Shown in pieces: positions 12,201 to 22,735 of a DNA stretch of 64,000 nucleotides. The DNA is taken from positions 11,260-75,259 of the forward strand of contig NMRA01000997.1 of NCBI GenBank assembly GCA_002633005.1. The letters are read 5' to 3'. The position numbers were made by a program, and so were the translations under genes. Below the pieces are notes generated by a model that saw nothing but the letters and a program-made list of their open reading frames with translations, made no database searches and was not told the origin of the DNA. Source of the stretch: Phoronis australis (taxonomy: Eukaryota; Animalia; Phoronida). The first letter of the stretch is position 1; each line of letters starts with the position of its first letter.

Positions 12201-14650
12201 TATTCATGGTTCTTTAATGAGAATATTTTGAAAGTGATGAGCAGCAGGGGACGCTCCTGTAATTGAAAGTATTATTACCTTGTCCATGACATGAGCTAAA
12301 TGTTACTCTGACATTGGCAGATCAACAAATATGTATTTTTCAACACATACTTGCTCTCAGTTAGGAAACATCAAGTCGTTTTGAAGTGCCTCTGGCATCT
12401 TTTCTCTGTGATATAATATGCATTGTGGTCGAGATGGTAGTTGGATAAGAGATGACTATGGAAAATGTAGCTAGTGAATCTGTTGTACCATTAGCATAAC
12501 AAGGTATGACGTCGAGTTAAAATCAGAAACTTCAGACTAGAGCAAACCAAGTTTGTACTGGCTTAAGTAATCGCTTAAAAGCACACAATGCATGTTCTTA
12601 AAAACATTCATTTTGGTTTGTGTTTTTAGAGTATGTCTCAGTACTGAATGCTATGAACTTTCACAATTTTGACATGTGTTTAAACTGCCCTATTGCTGAA
12701 TGAATGAATTCAGTGTTTGGTCATTGAGGCTAACTTCATTTAATGTACTTAGAAATGTGTTTTGATTTGTTTTGACATTACCTAATAAACACTACATAGG
12801 ACTTTAATTATACTTGGTTGCTATGCTCATCTTGTACCCTCGAAAAGCAACAACTTCTTGCATGCATATTGATTCTTCACATCCTCGTTTTTTTTCCATC
12901 CAGTGACTTGCTTGGTCTGTACTTTTTGTCTGTATGCGTGTTCAGTCTGTAATACCTGTAGAATGAGCTCTAGATTTAGTGATGGGGAAACAAGTAAGTA
13001 TATCAAACTAATCATGATGCTGTTTTACATTTGATTCTAGCTTTTACAACATGATTGTACTTCAGCATCATCACCTACTTCACTTAAAATGTATGGCAAA
13101 GTGTCACAAATACTTGTAATGTTCTTGATTTGTTGTGTATACTGAACGTTACTCAGATGTCTTAGGATTCAATACCTTTTTTGCTTTTGTCTGTTTGAGA
13201 TTTGATGATACTTCATTACTTTTGAACCCATTAAGCTTATCGTAGAACTGTTTTCCTTTGCCCATCATCTTCAGTTCTGACTGTAAAGTTACTGTGGTTG
13301 TCTGAAAGAGAGGAATATACATATTAGTAACAGTTTAGTTTTTTTCACTGAAATGGTAAATTTGCTATTTTGCGTAGTATTAGGTTATGATTAACTGTCA
13401 GGCAAAGTAGAAAAATATATCCTACAGCATACAAAATTGATCCGTGTGTGTAACCTTTTTGGGTTCTGACAGCCAGGGTAGTTTAACTTGGAAACAGGGA
13501 TATCTTTAACAGTCTTGGACTGGAGCACTTATGCAAACCTGTATGGCTGCCATCATGGGGCCACTAGCAACACTAATCAGCACAAAACTATCGGAACTTA
13601 TCAGCCCAAAAATACACCAGCAATGTAAGAAACCCCAATATAACGAAATCAGTAGTGTGAGCACTGTGGTTGGTACCAACAAAACAAACTAAAAGTACAC
13701 CAAAATCAATAGAACACACAGTTGGACATTATAATCTGTATCCGATCTGGAGAGAAAGTGAAAACTTACTTTGAGTACTGAGCTAAGTGGATAGTGTTAT
13801 TAACCACAAATGTCTCGTGACGAAGTCTTTGATATGAGTTTTAAAACTACCAAAGAATAATTGCATGTATTCCAACTCACCTTCACTGGGTTCATATAGG
13901 CCAAATTTCCAAGTGCTCTTTAACATCCGTGTAGTTGACTGACATCTCCACTTCAAAATCTTTTACTGGATTTGATGCTGCCTCGTAATTTTCTACAAAG
14001 CCATGGATATTACCCCCAGTGTTTTTTGAAATACTTCATCCACTCTTTTTTTGTGGAGACACTCCGACAAATGCTCACATTTTCTTTGCTTGCCTGTGCG
14101 GTATGTGGGGAGAGCAGAGGGCCCCACTTTTCCACACACTCAAAAAATCTGACAATGTTTATAAAAATATTCAGATCTTCAATTTTTTTTAAAGTGGATG
14201 TAAATTGAGCTCAACCTAAATGAAAATAAGGTTTTATTCGAAATAGTTTCAAAATTCCTTTTTAATATTAAAGCTCTGTGTGAGTCCGTGTGTGTGAGTA
14301 AACTCTGTGTGAGTAGATAAATTGTATACATGTGAAATAATTTATTTCGAATGAAAATGATTTATTTATATTCATTACCATTTCATTGTAATCCTAACAT
14401 TTTATTCATGTATTTGTGTATAATTTTTATATTTCTTTATATATGCCTGTTGGCACTTTCTGTGACAATTTCACAATAAACATTAAAAAAATTTTTTACT
14501 GCAGTTTCATCTCCACAATCCATTGCACAAATAAGTCTTAACGTCCAGCTGATCAAATTTTGGTAGCCGCGCGCTTTTGTCTTTCGTATCTTCTTTGTAG
14601 AAGAGTGTCTGGGAATCCCTGCACTCCAAAAATAGAATCATGATTTTCGA
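9300..14650 (-). pseudogene. Intron-containing MULE transposase, decayed (copy A)
   Basis: Minus strand ~10880-11110 reads PLFLVCVTTNAGYEV..ENENIASLQKALLVLRQHNEEWDPRCFVVDASEIETSAIKTV. ~9960-10125 reads ICLCDFHREEAW (MULE CxxH motif). Frameshifts and stops present; outer limits approximate. Confidence 0.8.
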
Positions 14651-15606
14651 CAACAGATGTCCTTGCTGCATACCTGGATTGGCTCGTTGACATTGTCCCG
14701 CTCCCGGGTACCTTTTGCGTCAACGAGCCAATCCAGGTGGAAGTGACGTAGTTCACGCGCATGCGTTCTATCAAGAGGGATTCCCTTTCCTTACTTCCTG
14801 TCGAAGTGTTGTGTTTTAGCATAGAATTTCTCAATTTTCAAGCACTGTGACAGCGGCATTGGATGAATTTCGACATGGTTCGTATGCCTGATTTATTATA
14901 TTTTATGAGCTAACAGAAACAAATGCTCTTTTTGACGGAGAAACTTCGCGAAGGGCGCCTGTTTAAAAATGTGTGTGTGATGATACCTGGGTCCTGGATC
15001 AGCTAGTTGACATTTGCAAAATGTCAACCAGCGGAGTCAAGTAGAACTAATTGTCTGGTAATTCAGAACTGTTTTTGAAAAATTTCAGGTCATTTGCATG
15101 GAGTTTTTTGATGGCGTTGCGCTACCCGATAGATGACACAAGCTCGAATGAAAGATGAAGTGAATAATACAGGTTACTATATGAAAATGTTGAATTGCCA
15201 TGTGTAAGTTATTCACAGGTGCACAATTAATTGGTGACATATGTAACTGTGCAATTTTAGGGCTAGTCCTAATTTAAAATAATAATTAAGTTTCATTGTC
15301 ATTCTAGTGATCATTTTTAAATATTACACATTTCATCTTTAGGATGGCCATATTTACTCACTAGTTATGATATTGTTTCACATCTTTCAAGATATTCAAT
15401 TTGTTTAAAAGTTAACATCATAAAGAGTGTAAGCTCCCAGCATAGACGTCTCTGTGATGATGATCTTGTGCAAAAGGCCAAATCGATGTATTTTGATTAA
15501 AAAACAATAGATGTTGCATTGCTCTAATTTAATTTTGAGTCAATTGCAAAGTACCAATTACAGCTTAATTATTCTGAATTGATATCTTCGCCATAAGAAA
15601 CAGTTA

Positions 15607-18600
15607 AATCTTAGAAATTCAGAGCTTATGTCCATGACTCACTCAACATCTAATTGGCTAACAAAAATATCTTAGAAGTTGTCATCAAAGTACAATTCAT
15701 CCATAATTAATGTTGATGTGTGCATTGAAAGTGTAAGTGAGACCTAACAATTGATGTCTTACGAATTATTTTCCTAGGAAGAAAATATTTTTCGCAAAGT
15801 TGATCAAAATATTCTCTGATTATAAACCCACTGTCCATCAAAATGGAATTGACTGAGTCACAGCTACTAGTATGTGACTTGCATTCAATTTGTTCCTTTT
15901 GTATGCAACGCTTTTTTTACTCCATGTTACTTCTTGCAGTCTTCTTGTCTCAATGTACCCAGTTGTAGCTCAGTGGAAACTGATTCTGCATTCTGGAACA
16001 TAACACACATGGACGGCGCACCATAGGGGCCTTGGGGGGGGAGCTATAGCCCCACTTTTTTCAGTGCTCCGGCGCCCATGTTCTATGGGCGGTGTACCAC
16101 AGGGGGGATGGGGGGCTGCGCCGATCATGACACATATGACAGTTTGTCTTTGATTCTGCAAACATTGACTATCATGATCTTAATTGGTTGTCTTTTATAT
16201 TTTGAAACTTTAAGGTTTTGTTTTGTGATATTATTTTAAGGATGATTCCTTATGCAGCGGACAAGCTTACTTAATAATAACATTATTTTGCTTTCTCATC
16301 AGATCACTGTCAAGCCTCAGCAGAGTTTATTCATGAAGACCATGGGCATTTTCAGTGTTGTTGCCTTACTCGAAGGGAAGTAAGCAGTAACAATTTCGTC
16401 CTGATGTGCCACCACTCCGTTCATGTAGGAGGATACCCAGCCGTACCAGGCCTCTTCCCTGTGAAAGTCATAAAGAAAGATCTGTGCACACACATAGAGA
16501 AAGTTAACAAGTATGTAGTTCAAGGGGCTTTGCAACCCTTTTTGGTGTTACAAGTGAATTTTTTTTTCATCGACTTTTTGCTGTGAAATTAGTCTTTCAA
16601 TCACCTTACTAGAGCTTTAGAAAGGATATCACAGTAAATGAGAGTGGTCTTTGAAATTGTAGTAAGACTTGTTGCAGATACGAATGTTAAATCTGTGCTC
16701 TCTAACAAACATACATACTCGCTGGCTGTAACAAGTGACATGCTTGAAAAAAGAACAGAAAAAGTAAAATTGGGACCACCCCCACCAACGCCTAGTTAGT
16801 TTTTTTTGGTCATTTTTAAGAGTCCAAATTTGGAAATACGAATGCAAATTTTCAAATATAAATCAGAACTGTTTTTCCTGTATGGTGCGCTGGGTTGTCA
16901 TTTCATCGGAAAAGCAACATGTAGGGTTTCTAGTAATAACAATGTTTCAGATCTCCCAAGCTTAGTAGTTTTGACTACTTAGAATTAAAATTCTGACATT
17001 GTGAGGAAGAAGCAGCAAGTGGTTTAGTTTTCAGTTTGTAACTTTGAACCTAATGGGGTTTTATACAGTGCCTAAGATTGGCGGTGAAATCTATATATTA
17101 TATATACGGAGAACAGCAGTGTTTTGTGACCAAGCTGTTTAACGGAAAATGTTGAATGCTATAGGCATTAAATTGAGGCTCTTACAAAACATTTACCAGT
17201 TCAGTAAATGTCATTACTACTGTGTAAAGTAAGTACCTGAAAACACATTTACACAGTTTTAATTGCTGAAGTTTCTATTTCAGATGCATCAACCACAAAA
17301 CATCTTGGATCCCATTCTTCATTGTGCTGTCTCAGGACCAATAGAGCCTTCTGCAAGGATGCAATATTTTCATTTTCGAGTACCAGCCATCACTTCATAT
17401 CCAGCATTTGTCGTGACACATACTAAAAACAGAGGATGGGCTTACAAAGTAGTCTGGTGTCTATAATAGAATTATTGAAATGTAGTAGGGTGTATAATTC
17501 GTAAGTCTTGTTTATTGATGACATTTACCATATGGTGTGCTTAAAGGTTATGTAGTACTCTAATGACAAGTCTGCACATTAAGTCAAATATTTACAAAAC
17601 TGTAGAATTTTTCTTCGTGTTGTATAACATAATGTTCAAGATAAATCTCATAAGTGCTGTTACAGTTTGGTAAATTACCGTCTCATTTTTGTTTTATGCA
17701 ATGTAAAAAATTCATGAAATTTATGCAATTCGTGCTTTCTGGTAGGCCCTCACACAAATGTGGAACATTGTAAAAAAACATTTCTTACGGCATGTTGGGG
17801 ATTAGTTTATAAAGTATTTTCTGTAAAAGTTTCACGTGAATCCAATCAGCATCTTGTAAGATGTCCCAAGGATGGACAAAATTGGACATTTTGATAGAGT
17901 CCTACATAACCAATGCTTTATGATTATTACGTATTGAGCATCATTAACATTACCTCTGACAATTATGTCTTGCAGTGCTTGATTTAGTGAACTACAGATT
18001 GTGTTTGGTCACCTGGGAAAAATCCCAAGTCGCCATGAAGTCACCACTGCGAGTATCAAAGTCAGACAATTCCCTCGAAATTTGTTTCAAAGTTTGTGTT
18101 GACTCCTAAATTTTAAGTTACTAACAGTTTTCTTAGATTTGATACCTTTGTTTACAAGTGTTTTGTTTATTTCATGAAATTGGTGCATTTGCCACCAACG
18201 ACAGCAGTTGTCAAACTTGCATTAAAATTACATCAGGAAGTACACAGGTGGAAGTTGGCGATAATCATGCATGATAAGTGAAACTAGCGCCTAAAGTGTA
18301 TATGATCACCTACATTCTGAGTATGCGGAGTAAGTTCCCAAGAACGGAGTATAGCATAACCTTTTTAGCCAATTATTCTGATGACAAACATCAGTTTTGG
18401 ACGACGTCAGATTTCCTTTGGCGACCTGGGATTTTCAGCAAGTAGCCAAATGTGACTTGGCTTCAAGCTAAGTGTTGAGCATCGTCTTACAATGCCTGCA
18501 ATATCCCAAGATTGGTTAAGTATGATCATTTTTGCAAACCTAATAAATTCATGGTTCTTTAGTGAGAATATTTTGAATGTGATGGGCAGCAGGGGACGCT

Positions 18601-20349
18601 CCTGCAATTGAAATCATTATTACCTTGTCCATGACATGAGCTGAATGTTACTCTGATATTGGCAGATCAACAAATATATATTTTTCAACACATACTTGCT
18701 CCTAGTTAGGAAACATCAAGTCGTTGTGAAGTGTCTCTGAAATCTTTTCTCTGTGATATAATATGCATTGTGATCAATACGATAGTTGGATAAAAGATGA
18801 CTATGGAAAATGTAGCTAGTGAATCTGTTTTACCATTAGCATAACTAGGGGTGATATGAAGTTAAAATCAGAAACTTCAGACTAAAGCAAACCACATTTG
18901 TACTGGCTGAAGTAATCGCTTAAAAGCACACAATGCATATTCTTAAAAAACATTCATTTTGGTTTGTGTTTTTAGAGTATGTCTCAGTACTGAGTGCTAT
19001 GAACTTTCACAATTTTGACACAGGTTTAAACTGCCCTGTGGCTGAATGAAATTCAGTAATTGGTCATTGAGGCTAACTTCATTTAATGTACTTAGAAATG
19101 TGTTTTGATTTGAATTGACATTACCTAATTAACACTACATAGGACTATAATTATACTTGATTGCTATGCTCATCTTGTACCCTAGAAAAGCAACAACTTC
19201 TTGCATGCATATTGATTCTTCACATCTTCGGGTTTTTTTTTCCATCCAGTGACTTGCTTGGTCTGTACATTTTGTCTGTATGCGCCTTTAGTCTGTAATA
19301 CCTGTAGAATGAGCTCTAGATTTAGTGATGAGGAAACAAGTAAGAATATCAAACTAATCATGATGCGGTTTTACATTTAAATCTCGCTTTAACAACATGA
19401 TTGTACTTCAGCGTCATCACCTACTTCACTTAAAATGTATTACAAAGTGTCACAAAGACTTGTATAATCTTGATTTGTTGTGTATACTGAAGGTTACTCA
19501 GATGTCTTAGGATTCAATACCTTTTTTGCTTTTGTCTGTTTGAGACTTGATGATACTCCATTACCTTTGAACCCACTAAGCTTATCTTAGAACTGTTTTT
19601 CGTTGCCCATCATCTTCAGTTCTGACTGTAAAGTTACTGTGGTTGTCTGAAAGAGAGGAATATACATTTTAGTAACAGTTTAGTTTTTTCACCGAAATGG
19701 TAAATTTGCTGTTTTGCATTGTATTAGGTTATGATTAACTGTCAGGCAAAGTAGAAAATATATCCTACAGCATACAAAATTGATCAATGTGTGTAACCTT
19801 TCTTGGGTTCTGACAGCCAGGGTAGTTTAACTTGGAAACAGGGATATCTTTAATTAACAATCTTGGAATGGGGCTTTTATTCAAACCTGTATGGCTGCCA
19901 TCATGGGGCCACTAGCAACACAAATCAGTACAAAACTATCGGTACTCATCAGCCCAAAAAAACACCAGCAATGTAAGAAACCCCATTATAACAAAATAGT
20001 GTGCACAGTTTTGGTACCAACAAAACAAAATAAAAGTACACCAAAATTAATAGAACACACAGTTGGACATTATAATCTGTATCTGATCTGGAGAGAAAGT
20101 GAAAACTGACTGAGTACTGAGCTAAGTGGTGGATAGTGTTATTAACTACAAATGTCTAGTTGTGACGAAATCTTTGATATGAGAGTTTTAACACTACCAA
20201 AGAATAATTGCATGTATTCCAACTCACCTTCACTGGGTTTATATAGGCCAAATTTCCAATTGCTCTTTGACAGCTGTGTAGTTCACTGACATCTCCACTT
20301 CAAAATCTTTTACTGGGTTTGATGCTGCCTCGTAATTTTCTACAAAGCC
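15607..20349 (-). pseudogene. Intron-containing MULE transposase, decayed (copy B; direct repeat of ~9267-14002)
   Basis: Collinear duplicate of copy A with the same exons at ~17237-17470 and ~16317-16490 (LYDFHREEAW). Confidence 0.8.
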
Positions 20350-20352
20350 TAT

Positions 20353-21261
20353 TAGGCCTTTTGCGAGTTTATAACAATAACGCGAGGTTATGTGAGACTT
20401 AACTGTGACGTCACGGGAAGTGGGGCAAAAGCTTGTCGTTTGGTCATTTGCCGAATACGGTAGCAGAGTGTATTCTGTTATTGTCTTCGAGTTTTTAGCC
20501 GTTTAGTTCGAAAAATGTCCAAAAGCATTGCTGTTATGGCAAATGAACTTCAGATTGGCACTACAATACGTTCTATCGCGTTCTGTACTAATTTCGTCCC
20601 ATGTATTTTAAACGGGCGGTAGGCGAAATCCCNACTGAGCGAAGTGCGAGATCTGGCGCGTGACGCTTGCAAAATAGCATGAGAAAATATCAAGTGAAAT
20701 TTGTAAGATTTGTGTCCCTCGGACATTTTGTTCGTCAACAGGCGTGATTTCACGTAACTTCCTGAAAATGGCGGCTCTTTAGTGAGAGAAACTCGAGGGA
20801 ACCGCAAGGTTTTCATGAATATGGTCAAGTTATTTGTAGACTACATTGTGTCCAGAGTCAGCTGGGTATGTGTTAATTATAACTTCATGTGCACATATGC
20901 ATGTTTCATTTGATTTTATTTGCTGTATTTTGAAGTGAATATCTTTTTATGGGGATACACTATCGCCCCTGTATGCCTGCGCCATTCAGGCCTAGAGCGG
21001 GTTAAGTTCCAATTTCAGTCCGTTCACAGCTTCGCACAACATAACAAGGTTACATTTTCTTCGTCTATTCACAGTTATTCCACGACCCATCTACCATATC
21101 TTAAGTCGTTTTAACGTTTTAAGCGTAAAATTCACCATAAGAACTCCAGTAAGTTTTAGCGTGTGTAGCAAAGACTCGGGGCAAAAGAAGAGCAATATGG
21201 CGGGTTTTGCCCCCTTTCCGGTGACGTCACAGTGACTAGCGAGAAACTCGCAAGTGAGCTA
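20353..21261. mobile_element. MITE with TAG...CTA termini replacing the 5' part of MULE copy B
   Basis: Inverted pairs taggccttttgcgagttt / aaactcgcaagtgagcta and actgtgacgtcacgggaagtggggcaaaa / ttttgccccctttccggtgacgtcacagt. Starts where homology with copy A ends. Confidence 0.55.
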
Positions 21262-21300
21262 GGCCAACATTCACCATTCTGCCTCCCGGGTACCTTTTGC

Positions 21301-21397
21301 AGCGCAGACAACGAAGGTATTTGATAGCAGTCGGACGTGTCGACCGAGCTCTCTGTTCAGCGTTAGGCGGGAAACTGCCGACACTCGTTTTGTTTCA
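21301..21397 (+). other. Putative non-coding first exon of TRIM copy 1 (donor GTAAGT at 21398; intron to AG 22731-22732)
   Basis: Identical to 59685-59781, GC-richer than flanks, ends in CA|GTAAGT and has no ATG. A polypyrimidine/CAG acceptor lies just before the CDS. Confidence 0.6.
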
Positions 21398-22026
21398 GTA
21401 AGTTTACGCTATCACTAATCTGAAACGAAAATTTGTAAAGATTAAGTTTAAATCGTGTTATCATCCACGATACTGTTTTAAGCCGCACCGACTTCTACTT
21501 TGGAATCAACTGAGGAACAATGTTGCAGAAGAACGCGTACGCGTTGCCCCTTGGTGTTGTATAGGCATATATAGAAATTTTGTTGAAGAATGCTGTCAAG
21601 TTTTTTGAAAAGTAGAATGTTCCTTTCAGAGTCGCATTTCGTGTATAACAATGTCTTTTGATAAACGAAGTAAGAGTGTGAATTTCATGTGTTGCGTCTT
21701 TCTACATGGGTCAATGCTAGGCCCTATTAATTTTGTACTTTAATAAGTAACTAGTAGGCCTACTTGTGACAACTTGTGTTAATCATGTTTTCTTGTCCTA
21801 TTTTCCTGTACCGATGCATAGTAAACATTTTATTTAGTTGCTTCCTTTCTACGCATTATTACAAACTAGCTAGCCTTGGTGTAAAGCTGTTTGTCTTCAT
21901 AGTGCTAGTTGTCTTGGTGGCTAGGTGTAACTTTGTGTTCATTTCCTTCCAATTCAAACACATTTTTTTCAAATCCAAGGCCATCACAGAGTACCTCAGA
22001 AGGGAATGAACAAATTTACGTGCAAC

Positions 22027-22477
22027 TTAAAGATATTACATTTTTTGCACTGTTCACCAAAATACTGTTACGTATTGATTTAAAATGTTCTACTTTTGCA
22101 TCAGGAACTGTCAAAAATAGGGCGGATTTTTGTGAAAAAATCCAAGTTGCATCAAACGAAAAGAAAATGATAATTTAGAAAATGGCTATGACAAAGATTT
22201 TGAGATTTTATTTGTAGCATTTATATCATAATAAATTTAATCATGTAATTGATCTCGTGGTTTTGCTTTGAATGTACTTTCCTTTTGTTCAAAATTTTAC
22301 GATAAAAGCATAATCACTTGAGCTTATTAATGGCAGGTTGGTTTAAAGTCAGCTACTAACTTCTAGGTAAACTCTGCTTTCAGAAAATATATACTTTCGC
22401 TGAGAGTTATGTTCTATAGTTGTACAGATATTTTGCTAAGTGTACAGATTTGTCAATAAGGTCCTATGTAACCTTAA
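22027..22477. mobile_element. TTAA-flanked MITE in the TRIM intron (also in copy 2; related to 42625-43324)
   Basis: ttaaagatattac...gtaaccttaa. Shares aaagtatatattttctgaaag and aaagtacattca motifs with 42625-42830 in the opposite orientation. Confidence 0.45.
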
Positions 22478-22735
22478 AGTGGTTGTTGTTAAATGTTAAT
22501 AAGAACGAATACAAACAGCAGTCATCGTTTTGCTCTGATAAAAAACCAAAGAAGTTGAATTTACATTAACTTGCCTAGGACTATTTTAGTTCCATTTACA
22601 ACGATTGAATGACTTTTGATAATGATATGCCCCAGTTTAATGTCTATCGGTTATCAAAGGTTAGTTCATTGAAAAACACAGGTATGATGCTGAAATATGT
22701 CTTGAGTGATTATAATTATTTTCTTTTTGCAGGAC

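Larger units (their letters stand above)
7486..21300 (-). mobile_element. Composite MULE (Mutator-like) insertion containing two transposase-bearing copies
   Basis: Perfect 14-bp terminal inverted repeat GCAAAAGGTACCCG (7486-7499 and 21287-21300), with a third terminus ending at 14718. Absent from the paralog. MULE transposase motifs inside. No clean TSD. Confidence 0.7.

Noticed and set aside
22706-22735. ORF-track N-terminus MIIIIFFLQD as a signal peptide (also 61085-61114)
   Set aside because: It is a GTG start inside the intron's polypyrimidine tract and acceptor.
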